This document shows, piece by piece, positions 37,371-51,439 of a DNA stretch of 64,000 nt. The first letter of the stretch is position 1, and every line of letters starts with the position of its first letter. This DNA comes from the human T2T-CHM13v2.0 reference genome, Homo sapiens: the NCBI RefSeq assembly GCF_009914755.1, contig NC_060927.1; one strand, given 5' to 3'. The notes beneath the pieces were generated by a model. That model was not told the DNA's origin. It saw only the letters and a program-made list of their open reading frames with translations, and made no database searches. The position numbers and the translations under genes are program-made.

Positions 37371-38084
37371 TGCATCAGCATCAGCATATTTTGAATATAT
37401 ATGACTTGGCACTTAATTGACTTACATATACAGCTATGAAAAATGCCATTCATTTATCCTGAATACTAGGACCTACCCATACTAAAGAAATACAAATGGT
37501 ATTTTCATCCTAACTCACTGAATAAAATTGTATCAATAGGCTACTATCAGTGTAAAATGATCAGATGACAGTGCAAAATGGTCAGATGAATTATGAGATG
37601 CTTTATTCTAAGGCTAGATTTATAGATCTATTGAAGTCTTCTTTCTTTCCATTCTTAAGTCCAAATGATACTCCATCTGGTGCTATGGAATAATCATTAT
37701 ACATTTAGTGATAGACTTAAACCCAAATTTGCATGATAAACCATGATGGAGAGAGAAAGGAGGAGGCAAGTCGTGTAGGTTGGGGCCTATAAGGAGATGA
37801 TAAAGTAGAAGAGAGGAAAAAGAGAAAATATAAGAAAGGGTGTCTAGGGGCAATGGCTGCTACTTTCAGTGGAGAAAAGCCAAAGACTGAAGCCCTACAT
37901 CTGTTGACAAAGCTGGACAAGAAACTTGAATTGGTTAGAAAAGTAAGTCTGAAAATTCCAATGTGTTTTAATATTGATGGAGTGAAATAAAATATATAAA
38001 CCTAAAAACAAGGACCTTGGAAATTTGAGGATGCTAATTAACTAAAAGTAAGATCATCTTGAGGGTGGAAAAATGGAATACTGC

Positions 38085-38270
38085 ATTTTATTCAAACTCT
38101 TAATCCACACAATCTATGAATCAGTGATTATCATTCTTACTATTCAAATTAGAAAGTTGATTCTGAGAAAGTTCCATGACCTTACCTAAATAAACATAAC
38201 AAATAAATTGCCGGGCTCTGATGTGAAATCAAGACTTTTTAACAGCAAAGGCCAAGCCATTTAATCACTA
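38085..38270 (-). mobile_element. MIR (degenerate)
   Basis: taatccacacaatctatga...ctgagaaagttccatgaccttacctaa resembles reverse-complement MIR. Confidence 0.55.
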
Positions 38271-38684
38271 AGCTTCTTTTCCTTTAAGACTCAAATCATG
38301 AGATCTATGTTAATGCAGTTAAGTGTAGAATAATCAGCCTAAGTGTCTAATCCTATTTATTGTACTAAAGGTTTTTAGTTGAAAAGTTGTTGGTTTTTCT
38401 AAAAGTATCTAGTTAGGAAATACAATATAAAATTTTGTGATTCTTTTACGTAATATAAATCATTTAATGTAAATTTTGTAAATTCTAACTGTGGGTATTT
38501 TGTTGTTTCTTGGGAATATACTCCCTCATTTATACTTTTTTCTACACAAATATATATGTAAGTCACTTTACAGAAGCTTTACATTTTCTATTTAATATCA
38601 AATATACCTATTTGATATTGAGGATTTTCAAAATATTAGAAATGATATAGATTGAAATCTCATCTCCATTCTTATTCTTACTAG

Positions 38685-38810
38685 TCTCCTTACCTTCCCC
38701 TTTCCTTCCTTCCTTGCTTCCTTCTCCTTTACCTATACCTCCCTCTCTTCCTCCCTCTCTCCTACTCTCCCTCCCCCCTTCTCCACCACCTCCTTTACTT
38801 CTATCTCTCT
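38685..38810. repeat. CT-rich polypyrimidine low-complexity tract
   Basis: Directly visible. It produces the G/E/R/K-rich ORF 38608..38883. Confidence 0.9.
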
Positions 38811-40821
38811 GATTTAAAACTTCTTTTTCCCTCTGGGTCAAGGTAAAGAAAGGATTTGGTGGTACCGATCTATTCTGGAACATTATTATTTTAAGTGAGT
38901 GTCTGTGTTTCTAGTGGCTGAGTATATGCATATATTTTCTTTTGCAGAGCCTGCATATAAAATGCCTTCTTAAAAAATTAAAGTACGTACTTGAAATAAA
39001 CCAATTATTTTCCTTCATCCCAGAGAAAGAAAGAGGTGTACAAATAACTTTTTCTCTATTTTCTGGTAGCCTGCCACAGATGAAGTTTACACTAATTAGA
39101 AATCGTCTGGAGGCACAAGAGCAGATTGAGCCTTCGGCTGGAAGTACTTCCTGACAGGTGGTTCACCACAAAGCAACATTACAATTACCTAACACACTGT
39201 TTGATTTGTGTAAACCTCATTACTACTCACATTATTTAATGAACTATGAGCATTCCTTCACCTCCCTGCACAATGCAGTGCTCCATTTCCATTTCAATTC
39301 AGAAATGAAGATTGCAGGGCTTAAAACCATTTGTTTTTTAAGAGCAAATATTGCCTTGAATTCAAAATTCTGAATTTGAATAGGTTTAGAACATCTACCT
39401 AAAACTTATCAATAAAACATGCAGATTAAAGTGTATTCATAATGTTAATAATATTAAGATTTTACCTTTTAATAATAAGATTTTACCTTTTAGTTTATTT
39501 TTCCCCCATCAATAAAAAAGAAAAACTAATGTTTTCCAATGTGTGAGGATGTGTGTGTTCAGTGTGTGTTCCCATGTGTAGTGAGGTGGAAAATTGAAGC
39601 AATTATCCAGATAATTCAAGCCTCAAACCACAAAATTGCCTCAATTCTTAAATTCTCTTTGTATGTCTCTGCATATTCTGAAAGTCCATTTAAACAAAAC
39701 TAAAATATTGTCTTTTCTTTTCTAAAAAATGTCTAAACCTTTTTCTATCTGTTTTAGCCTAAAACCTCATGTTTTAATGTCTCATGCATTTCTGTTCTTA
39801 AAAGAGAACAAAAGTTTATTCACAATTTTCCAGAGAAGCGATTTCGACTAACAGATCCTAGATATTAGTCACAGTCTATTTTGATAATTTTATCTATTCC
39901 AGATAAAATAGATATAACATTCTGTAATTTGTGTTATTAAAATTGTTTTTCTAGGTGGCCTAGTATGTGCCTATCATTGTGTCAGATCTGTGGAGGATAA
40001 AAAAGAAGTCTAAGGCAATCCACATTTTGAAAATATATGTAAATATGCACAGAAGACAAAACTGTGAGTAGAAACAAACGTGTTAAATGATAAAGAATTC
40101 TCTATGTGTTTATTGGTTATTGAAAGGAGAGAAAGGAGGCATTTTCTATTGCAGGTGTAATTGCCACTGAAATGACTGAGTTACTTGCGTTTAGTCTTCA
40201 CCCTGTAAGTTACTTACCTGATGGTCGACTAGAACATTACTTCAGTCCTCTTACATTCTTATAATGAACAGACTAATGAATTATCTATTGCTTGGAGCTA
40301 AAATTTGATGTTTTCAAATTGAAAAAAGTTGACCTCATTTTACATTCCAGATATTTATCACTAGTTATCAACTTTCAGAAGCTTCTATTCCTGTCAAATG
40401 GTTTACTTAATATCCTGTAGAACTTCCTCCACTCAAGCAATTTCCTCCTAAAGACACCCTCTATTATTTTCTTCCAGTGCTCACTCACCAAAGGTCATTC
40501 AGTAAAGGCGTGACTGAGCCCAGCTCTGAGTGACTTCAAAGCCTGACTTTTTTAACACTGTCTAGCTGTCCAGATCCATTAAAAATACTTATTGGCATTT
40601 ATGATGACCTAACCATGCTGCAGTTACCAATTACCTCTCAAATTTGTGACTTAACAATATGGAAGTTTCTCATTCATAGTACATTTCCAATCTCAGTTGC
40701 TAGAGCTATCTTCTCAATGTAGATAGTTAGGAACCTAGGCAAATGAAAGCTTACTCTTAACACGTGCTTTCATAATCACAAGAGCTGAATAAATAGAATA
40801 TGATGAATCATGCAATCACTC

Positions 40822-41333
40822 TGTGGCAGATTAAAGATAGTTGAAATCTTTTTCTTATTACTTTAATTAAAAGATGGAGTTTAGCTCCCTTTCTTTGAAT
40901 TTGGGTTGGCTTTAGTAACTTACCTGATAAATAGAATATTGCAAAACTGAACATGTATGACTTCCAAGTCAAGATTAGAAGATGCCCTAAAACTTGATGT
41001 CTTAGAACCATCCCTCAGGAACCTCTGATACACCATGTAAGAATTCCAGCTATTATGATACTGCTATGCTTCAAAGGTCATCTATAGGAGCTTTGAGTAA
41101 CAGCCTTGCCATGTATTACATCTGAGCCCTTCAACCATCTCTGCCAAGTAGCCAGATATGTAAATGAAGCCATGTTACACCCTCCAACCATACCTATTGC
41201 CAGCTAAAAACTACTAAAGGATTTCCCACCTGATCTCTGTTTGAATTCTTGACCTGCAATTAGGAATTATAATAAAAGCTTTTAAGCTGCTACATTTTGG
41301 GGTAGTTTATTACAGAAATGCCTAAGCAGAACA
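40822..41333 (+). mobile_element. MLT1G/H-like solo LTR, apparently nested in an older antisense LTR relic (~40610-41420)
   Basis: tgtggcagattaaagat...tttaagctgctacattttggggtagtttatta...agcagaaca. Confidence 0.75.
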
Positions 41334-42715
41334 AAGTCTTGAAGCCTTCACTAAGTGACATATGTTCACTCCCTCTCATGATTAACTGGCCAAAAAAAGT
41401 GCCCAATGGGCCAAGAAGTGCTAAATCAAGGACTGTTAACAAATGACACCTTTTTTTTTTTTTTGGAAAGTAATCTCTCCCTGTCCTGAATCATTTAGAA
41501 ATTACTGAGTTGGCAGTTATTGTGTGCTTCTGTTGATGTATTTTCTATTATCTTGAATTGTTAGTCAAATATGTTCCTTTAATATTTTAATGCTTTGTCA
41601 TAGAATGTGTTCTAAGCCTTGAAACATAATCATAAAATAGTGAAAAAGAAGGACTTATAAATAGTGTAGGCATTTGAAGTTAGTCAACAAGACAGAAATG
41701 ATCACTATAGATAACTGTAATAATGAGTACATTTAGAATAAAAATTAAGAATTAGATACAATAGAAGAAAAATGTTAGACAGTAGAGAGAGTAGGGTGGT
41801 AGGGTAGCACTAAATAACAATAGATATGAAAAACTAAACAGAGGGTTTTGTGTATATTTGTTGCAATATTTATTTCAAAAATATTAGAGCATAATGAATA
41901 TAGACTTGGGGACAGATTTCTTTTCAGTGAGTTAGAAGAAAATAGAACTTGAGAGAACTGATAGAATAGGTTTTATAATTCATATGTTCTAGACAGTAGT
42001 AGCCATACTGGTAATTTAAAAAAAATTAATCTGAAAGACATTTCAAAATGCCAGGTGTCCATGATGCTTGTAAGACTTATAAATGAATCCATGTAACCCA
42101 CAAAAATAAAGCCCACTATGGAACTTTAAAAAAATAAACCTTGTCTATACAGTGTCAAATATTTCTTATGTTTCACACTATCTAATTTCTCTGGAATGTA
42201 GAGTCATATCTGATATTTCTTCATACTTAGCACAATACTAGACAAATAATATATTCATATTATAATCTTAAAAATATTTCCACAAATGTTACTCTAACCA
42301 CCATGCATGTCCTTTAAAATAACATTGGCATATAGTCATATCTATATATAATTAGGGCTAGTGTTTCTGTGTGCCATGTTGAATAATCCAATACCAAAAG
42401 TAGTATATAGGGAATGTACTATAAAATGTATTTTCAAATAGAATATAATTTTTTTGAAATATGTACAATGTAACCAAGAAAACAGATGGAGCTCTTAGTG
42501 AGTTGATGAAAACTAAATTGCAAAAATTATTTTTCAAAGATACAAAATTTCTGTCAGGAAGGGGTAACTGAAGTTATAATAAACATTCATATTTTATGTT
42601 ACAAAGAAGGAATCTATACAAATGTCACATTAATAATCTAAGGAAAAGTGGTGGGAAACAAAATATAAGCAATTTGTAAATCTTTTTTTTTTTTTTTTTC
42701 AGAATGGGATGTATT

Positions 42716-43417
<702 letters not shown>

Positions 43418-46400
43418 ATTCCCCACTTTTGTCATCTTCTCAATATTGAGAGAGTAACCAAAACTCTAGTCATTGATGTCCATATCACCATCATAAGTAC
43501 TTATTTGGTCTTGAAACCCATTGGCAAACAATAGAACAGTGGGTTTTGCAAGTTGGGAACAAGGACTTTAAGTTATTTTTATTATTATTATTTTAAGGGT
43601 TACAGTAGAGGGTGCCTCCTTATGCTGGAATGTCTTGTTTACAAGAGAAAAAAGAAAATCTGGTCTATGTTTCCTTAAATTCTTAGTTTGATTATGTCAC
43701 ATTTAATACAAGTGACTCTATTTCGATTTGATCTGGTCTGTTGGGGCCTAGTGCATGAGTTCAGTCCCAAACAATGGCCTCCCATAATTTTGTTTAAAAA
43801 AAAAAACAAAAAAAAACACTTTTTGGTCAGGTTCTCACTTAGGTGAGAGTCTGACCAAAATTTAGAGCCTTAACGTCATTCTCAGTTATAATCAGTTTAA
43901 GTTTCTGGTCTCAGCAGGTCATTCATAGGTTATGATGCCCTGATGGTTACACATTCCGTTCAGCTCTTGCCATTCTCCAGTTTAAGAGAGACTATTTGAT
44001 ATTCTAGACATGGCTGCATGCAAACATTTAAAACATTTGAGAGAATAATGTGCACCAGGCAGACTACTTTTATGACTATCAGGAGGATAATACCAAAAGT
44101 TTGAAGTATGCTCTTACCCAGATACCCAATAAACCAAACTATCTAAAATTAAATAGATCAAAGAATAAGCTAGATAAAGAGTCTACTCGCTTAACAAAGC
44201 AGTCTCTTCATTAATCCCCCATAACTGAATGTCTATAATTTACATTTGGTGTATTTCTGTATAGGCCACAAGTGCCAGCAGCTGCACAGTTACTTCTGTT
44301 TAGCCAGTAAGTAATCTAAAGCAATTGTTATTTAGCATAACTTTCACAAGAGAATTTAAACTCTCTCATGCATAGTCTTTACAGTAGAATCTGCTATAGA
44401 GCCTATTATGAGAGATATATTTCTAATTATTGCATCTTTTACACCAAACCATGGAAAAAGGAATCTAACAAATGATGCCCTTCTAGAAGAGTGAAGGTTT
44501 CCTGGCAATGCTATCTTTAATCCATGATGTGGGTTAAGAGGAGTGAACCAATGTTCTGTTTCTGCCTGATTAGGAGGCAATGTACATACCATTAAAATAG
44601 ATGAAGATGGCCTTCATCTTTCATCTTACATCTATCAAGGTATAAGATTATCCATGTATATGGGTTATATCAAGGTATAAGATTATCTATGTTTAAGGCT
44701 GGCTGCAAAATCCTTCAAAAATAAACGTATATGCCATGAGTGCACACAACAGACCCCCTTTTCACTTCTATTGTTTATAGAGGCATAATCCAGGGAAAAA
44801 ATATTCAAAGATAACAGTCTCGTAATAGTAGAGAAGTCTTGATCCATGATCTTGGAAAAAGCTGTTCACATCAAGGATGCCGTCTTCTGCTGGAGAGAAA
44901 CTTCCCTGGTTAGCTTTACCTTAAGGGATCAAATGGGTGTAGTTTCTAGAGTGTGGAGGGAAACAAAAGTCCAAGGTCCCAAAGTTTTGCTGCAGTTTGA
45001 ATGGCAAGGGCAGCCTTTCTCTAATGTTCGGAGAATATACAATCTTTGGGTTCTAGGTTGTAAAGGGGTTGTCTTCAGTCAGTTAACCATAAAAAGTTTT
45101 CTTTACCTGGTGAGAATACATTGTGGCATAATAATTTACTGTTATAACATCAGCCTTCTTTCATGGGAAAGCTTTTATACAACCAGAAAACATGCACTGA
45201 AAATGACAATTGAACGAAATTCCTCTATAAATGTTTAAATGTCCATCAGGTAGCCTAATGTACTGAAACTTTGATTGTCTTCCATGGAATATGGGTTTGA
45301 CAAACCAAACATTGGTCATAAACTATTTTAGCAATTTAGAAAACACCACAACAAAATATATTTACTTTGGATCATTTTATCATTTCCATGCTGAGTCATG
45401 GAATGCAGAACTTTTAATAACAAAAGCTTTAAGGACTCAGGAAAGACAAGGGAGCCATCGTGGTTCTCCATGAGTCCATGCTTAATACCAGTTGTTTCTC
45501 CAATTAAGATGCATAGCACTGATAACTGATGGGTTATCATAGGTAATTCGACTTAGACCATGAAATTTATTCAAACTGTATATCTAAACAATTTCAGTAT
45601 TGGCCAATATAGCGTGAAAATCTGGAAAAGTATTTTCTTGGTATTTAATTAATTTTTGTTCTACTTTGATTAGCAGTTTTATTAGATTGGTGCAAAAGTA
45701 ATTGTGGTTTTTGCCATTACTTTTTAAAACTAGTCAGCCTTTTCATTAAAGTTCCAGGAATTCTTACTCAGTCCAAAACATATGATTCCACAGTTTTCAG
45801 AAACCTCTATTCAAGAGTGCTTTTCACGGTCCTTTCCATCCTTTCATGAACCTCCTAAAATACACCATATTCTAGAATTTGTGTATGCTTGTGCAGTTTT
45901 CAGAAACTGCATCAACATTAAGCAATTAACAATGAAAATGACTTTAAATAGTCATAAAGCCACAACTGACATGTAAATTTGATTATTTTGTGGTCTAAAA
46001 TAACATAACAACCACAACTATGATTAATAGCATATACTCAGAAATATTAGAATTATGGAAATCCCATACAAGTTTGGAACATATATTGATATCATTCACC
46101 AAGATATAACCTCTTTTTTGGATGCTTCAGGGGCCCTCTGTAGCATCCCAAATTTAGAGGTTGGAAAAGATAATTTTGAAGCTAAAATTTGATTTGGGGA
46201 GGCCTATCAAATATGTTAAAGGTTTAAAACACTTGATATTATGAAATAGAACTCCAAGTCACCATAAGTCATTCATTTACCCAAAATGATGACTCAAGAA
46301 TTTTAAAAAGGCAAATTATTTTACTCGTTGATAGAGGGAAGACTTAACTTTCCAAACAATCTCTCTCTTGCCTTTCCCTTCTTTTTCCTGTAGTTTACTC

Positions 46401-46597
46401 AAAAGGCAAACAAAAATCTTTCATTAGTCTTTAATATTACATGAATATCTTGTTCAAGAGAGAAAGCCAAATTTCACCCTTCCATTTGTGTACTATGTCA
46501 AACTCAATCTTTAATAAAACCTATAGACCAATCTATCCAATCTTAATTAGTCTGATAAATTTTTGTTAAAGAGCAGAACAGTGCTCAAAGAAAACCC
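43418..46597 (-). mobile_element. MER57/MER4-group ERV1 internal sequence (non-autonomous); no 5' LTR seen
   Basis: Contiguous with the LTR and PPT. Env-like remnant in ORF 44356..44592 (VRFLFPWFGVKDAIIRNISLIIGSIADST). AT-rich MER4-group internal sequence ends at gtgctcaaagaaaaccc. Confidence 0.78.
45682..45727. mobile_element. Half MADE1 (Hsmar1 MITE, single TIR)
   Basis: ta|ttagattggtgcaaaagtaattgtggtttttgccattacttttt matches one arm of the MADE1 palindrome. Confidence 0.9.
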
Positions 46598-47354
46598 AAA
46601 TTAAGTCTCATCTAGGGATTTCTGTTAGTATGCAGAAGTTTCTTAAAAACTTTCAATATATTTATTTAAAGTCTTTACAAAAGTAAAGTAAAAAATTTAA
46701 GCAATTAATTGATTAAAAAAATCTGTTAGCATTTTAGTTACTAATCCAATTCAAAGGAAATAGACTACAGTACAAATTGGTCAACTTTTCTAGGTAATAG
46801 GATAAAAGGCATAAAAATAAGTAAAATCAATGCTAACAGAAAAATATAAATTGGATATATTCTATAAAGATTTAAAAAAGTATATTAAAATGATGTAGTA
46901 AAAAATGCTATATTGATAATTTAGCAAATTTAGTGTTTTATATCTCCAGTTGTGTAATTATGATTAATATTAAAGGAGATTTTCTTGAGGCAATTCATTA
47001 AGCAGAACTGAAAAAAGACCAAATTACATTTCCCATGATGGGCAGAAAGTAACAATAGCATACAGAAATATTTTCAGCATTTTTAAAAATAAAATCAGTT
47101 TATGTAGGCCAGTATATTCTCAGTAACTTATAATTTCAGACACTTTTACATACAGGAAAAATCCTTGGCCCAAGACAATGTAAAACATAAAGTAAAATGT
47201 TGCTTAACTGGGATATTTAAAATTAATTATTAAATACACATTAGCATTAATTTTAAGCTTTTCTTAGATTGTAGTATTTTGTCATACTAAAATCTGAAAT
47301 GTGGTCAGTGACCACATCCTAGTGTGGTGGGACCTATACTGCCTTATAAAATTT

Positions 47355-47820
47355 AATGGTTTCATAACATGTATAAGAGTTTTTGCCACTCCTTTTTTTC
47401 AAAAGGTGAAGCTTAATTCCTCTCCATTTGCATGCAGGTTAAATTTACTGCCTAGCACCTAATGAATAGAATATGGCATAAGTAAAGCTGTATGACTTTT
47501 AAGGTCACTTCACAGTATGTATAGCTTCCACTTGACTAATTCTCTTTGACGCACTGCTGATATGTCATGAGAACATTCAATCAGCTCATAGAGAGACCTA
47601 CACTGAAAGGAAATGACGTCTCCCATCAACAACCAGCACTGACTTGTCAGCCATGTGAGTGAGCCGCCTTGGCAGAAGATCCTCTCCTCTCAGTCAAGCT
47701 TTCAGATGGCTAAAGCTCTGTTCTAAATCTTGACAGCAACCTCATGACAGACTTTAAGTCAGAACCACTGAACTAATCTCCTCCTGAATTACCCTCCCAT
47801 GGAAATGGTAGAGATCATAA
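47355..47820 (+). mobile_element. MLT1F-like LTR
   Basis: aaaaggtgaagcttaattcctctcc...ttgtcagccatgtgagtgagcc...cagtcaagctttcagatg...gcaacctcatgacagac. Confidence 0.75.
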
Positions 47821-47837
47821 TTATATTTTTAGTTCAA

Positions 47838-48015
47838 AATGGTGACTATAATTAATAACAATATATTATATTCTTGAACATCACTGAGAATAGATTTTAC
47901 GTGTTCTCACCACAAAAATAATGTGAGGTAATGCATATGTTATTTAACACAATTGAGCAATTCCACAATATATACATAAATTAAAACATGTTGCACATGA
48001 TAAATATATAAAATG
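47838..48015 (+). mobile_element. L1MA 3' end fragment
   Basis: atggtgactataattaataacaat...gtgttctcaccacaaaaa...gtgaggtaatgcatatgtt. Confidence 0.85.
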
Positions 48016-48047
48016 GTATGAATAATAATATTTTAGTCTCATTTTAT

Positions 48048-48425
48048 CAGTGGTATGTTGGTTAGTGTTTAATAGCCAACTCTTTGGGGAAATAATAATC
48101 ATCACTTGCTGTTTGCTGATTTCTGTGGTGTAAATATTTCCATGATGGTAGAATTTAAACTATCTACTAAAGCAACACTACTGAATAAAGACTAGAAGAA
48201 ATGTATAAAAGCACCAATAATATGATATTGCTACCATACACACACTACATACAGAACTTGAGCACACATAATAATAAAAATATAGTTAAAAAATAGAAAA
48301 TGTTGTGTCTTGATTATATATTCTTTGTTTATAATTTGCTTAATTATAAATTTATACAAATTGATTTATAACAATGGTTATGTTTAACAAGAAGCTTATG
48401 AAATCCCTGAAAATTAAAAAAGCAT
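48048..48425. mobile_element. MER63-like hAT DNA transposon relic
   Basis: Starts cagtggtatgttggttagtgtttaa; contains tttctgtggtgtaaata and tgtttaacaa...aaatccctgaaaatt. Confidence 0.6.
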
Positions 48426-48779
48426 GTTTCTAAATCTCAAAATATTATATTTAATACATCTATTTTCTATGAGATTAGATAATTAAATGTTACATTTTTG
48501 TGAGAATTAAGTGACTTTGTCCTATAGATTTTGATTTGTAATCCAATTATATGACATAATAATCACAGTATCTGCAGGAACATAGTATTTTTAATGAGTT
48601 GTTTCATACTGTGGATTTATAATTAACATTGAACATTATTGCTACTGAAGTTCTTAAAGATGAGGTCATCAATTGATATTTATACTTCATACATGATTTT
48701 GAATATAATCTTGATGCTTTATACTTAAGGAACAACAACAAAAAATAGGCTTTCTTATCTTAGTCACAATTAAAATGAA

Positions 48780-49071
48780 TTTTTTTTTTTTTTTAGATGG
48801 AGGCTCATTCTGTTGCCCAGGCTGGAGTGCAGTGGCATGATCTCGGCTTACCACAACCTCCGCATCCCAGGTTCAAGCGAGTGTCCTGCCTCAGCCTCCT
48901 GAAGCTGGGACCACAGGCACGCAACACCATGCCCAGCTAATATTTGTATTTTTAGTAGAGACAGAGTTTCACTATGTTGGCCAGGCTGGACTCGAACTCC
49001 TGACCCTGTGATCCGCCTGCCTTGGCCTCCCAAATTACTAGAATTATGGGCGTGAGCCACCATGCCCGGCC
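48780..49071 (-). mobile_element. AluS
   Basis: Poly-T plus a full dimer ending catgcccggcc, with atgaat on both flanks. Confidence 0.96.
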
Positions 49072-49779
49072 ATGAATATCTTTAATCTACATGGAATCAC
49101 AATTCCAAAAATAACAAACAGAAATAAGAGATTTATATAGTATTATAATACTTTTATACAATTTATGCCCAGTTTATATTTTTGATACAATGACAATAAC
49201 TGCTTTATTTTCTTATATACCTCTAACAATATGAGAAAATGATAGAATAGTATAAATTACATATATAAAAGAAATGGAATAAATAACAAAAGCATCTCTT
49301 AGAAACACATAAATGGAATATTTGTAGATGAAATAATACAATGCCTGGAATTACACTAAAATAATCTAAAGGGGAGGGCTTTGGATACGAGAGTAGAAAT
49401 GAAACAAGATTGGCCATGAGTGAGTACTGAAGCCCTGCACTTAAAGGAAAATGTAAATGTAGCTCTTCTAACAAAAGAAAAGCTTACAGACAGAAATACG
49501 AGTATTCTGGAAAAAAATAAAGAATATCAGAGGAATTTAATATTATGTAAGTAAAAAAAAAACTAGTGACTGAACAAAATAATTATTGCAGTGTCTTGTA
49601 GACTTCAAATTATATTAGGGAGACGATGCATATCAAAATAAGGAAAAATCTAATTGAGGGGGAAAAGTTTTAGAGCATCTAAAGTTTGACAACACTCTCA
49701 GAATTGGTAATAATTAGTCAATAATAAACCAATAATCAAATAATAAACCTTCTTTGAACTTTTTCCCTAGATTGCTAAC

Positions 49780-50370
49780 AGGTTGACTATTATGTGCCTA
49801 GGTATGGCTTTTGTTGAGTTTGGGTTTTGCTAATATCTTGAATCTGAGTGTTGATATACTTCATCAGTTTTAAAAATTCTCAACCATTATCTCTTCAAAT
49901 ATTGTTTTTGCCAAATCATTTCTCTCGTCTTATTCCAAATCAAACACAAGTTAAATCATTTGGTGTAACCCACCTATCTCTTATGCTCTATTCTTTTCAT
50001 TTATTAAAATACTTTTGTGTTTTATTTATTTTTATATTGCCCTGTTTTAGAGTTTACTAATCTTACATTTGTTGTTAAATCAATCCACTGAGTTCTTAAT
50101 TTTATATTTTTTCAGTCTGAAATGTTCATTTTCTTATTTTTAAAATAAATTTCTATTGTCTTTTGTAAGTCTACATCCTGCTGTCTACTTTTGCCCTATT
50201 TTTTCCTCTATTTTCTTTAATACATTTATCATAGTTATTTCAAATATATTATCTGTTGATTTCAATAACTGGACTATCTGTTCTACAATCATTATCTGCT
50301 TTTACTTTTGGTTATTAGGTATTCTTTTTCTTTTTTCATACGCCTTATTTAAAATTATCATATGTTGAAA
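49780..50370 (-). mobile_element. Old L1M ORF1-region fragment
   Basis: ttgactattatgtgcctaggt...aaaattctcaaccattatctcttcaaatattg, typical of antisense L1M ORF1. Confidence 0.65.
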
Positions 50371-51023
50371 ATAGTGAAAAAAATAGTTCCAGAAGATCTA
50401 ATTTTTCACCAGACTTAGTCTCTTTTTAATCTTATTATCTAAAGCAATCAGAAACTGTGTTGGATTAGGCTATATTGCATTTTTAGTGAAAGTTAGCCCA
50501 TCTCAATTTTACCCTTACTGTTAAGGCATTACTCTCCCAGTGAAATGGGTCACTGTCTCTCTATCCCTAAAATATCATGACAGATATAGCTCTGTCCTTC
50601 AGGGATTACAAACCAAGATCTCCTTCTGTTCCAAGAAGTTCAAAATCTAGCATATAACTCAAGGGAAAGAAAATTGTTATGCTTGAGGCAAATATTCTCC
50701 AAAACACGTCTTACTTTCCTAAGCCCTGTAAGATGTGAGAGATCTACTGTGCTTTTACGAACTTTCAAACTAGTTCTCCAGTCTCCTGAAAAGCATCAGA
50801 GCTCAACAAATGCTCAGTGGAAAAAAACTGACTATGATGAGTTAGTTCCTTTCTCTCTAGTTTACAATTCTTCCCATCAGGCTCACATGACCATTAAATT
50901 CTGTGTTAATGATTCATTTCTTCTTCTCTTGACACATGTTTTCTGTCTGAAAAATTCCAGTGTTTAACCTATTCTAAGAATTAATGAACACCCAGAGAAG
51001 TGCATCAACTTCTCTTAGAAAAT

Positions 51024-51206
51024 TTCTATTGTCTGGAACATTTACTTATCTAACCCTCACAGCATACACAGCTCTCTGATATCATTAAAATAGAATTTTA
51101 CAACTGATATGAAAAAAGTTCTATTGTCTGGAACATTTACTTATATAATCCTCATAGCATTCACAGCTCTCTGATATCATTAAAAGATAATTTTATAATT
51201 GATATG
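51024..51206. repeat. Two-copy tandem duplication, 95-bp period
   Basis: ttctattgtctggaacatttacttat...cagctctctgatatcattaaaa...tgatatg occurs at 51024-51111 and 51119-51206. Confidence 0.95.
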
Positions 51207-51218
51207 GGTTTCAGTTTT

Positions 51219-51275
51219 TTAGGGCTGAACCATATGAAATTGCCATTTTTAGGGTCAAAAACAAATTGTCATAGG
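51219..51275. mobile_element. MADE2-like mariner MITE fragment
   Basis: ttagggctgaaccatatgaaattgccatttttagggtcaaaaa matches the MADE2 arm as recalled. Confidence 0.7.
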
Positions 51276-51439
51276 AGCTTGAGCTAGCCATGACCTATTG
51301 TGTCTTATTTACAAGCAGAATCATGACACAAAAGGATTTTTTACACATTTTTAGTGAATTAAGCAGTTCACTAATACGTAAATCTGAAATCCAATAAAAT
51401 GATTTATGCATTTATAACAAAATAGTTAATACATACCTA

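Noticed and set aside
36993-37412. 139-aa minus-strand ORF with a poly-Glu tract
   Set aside because: Chimeric chance ORF. The acidic run comes from the (CCT)n simple repeat, and the C-terminus runs out of frame into the ERV RT remnant.
39455-39492. Small tandem repeat taagattttacctttta x2
   Set aside because: Ordinary slippage duplication with two copies and no repeat-spacer array.
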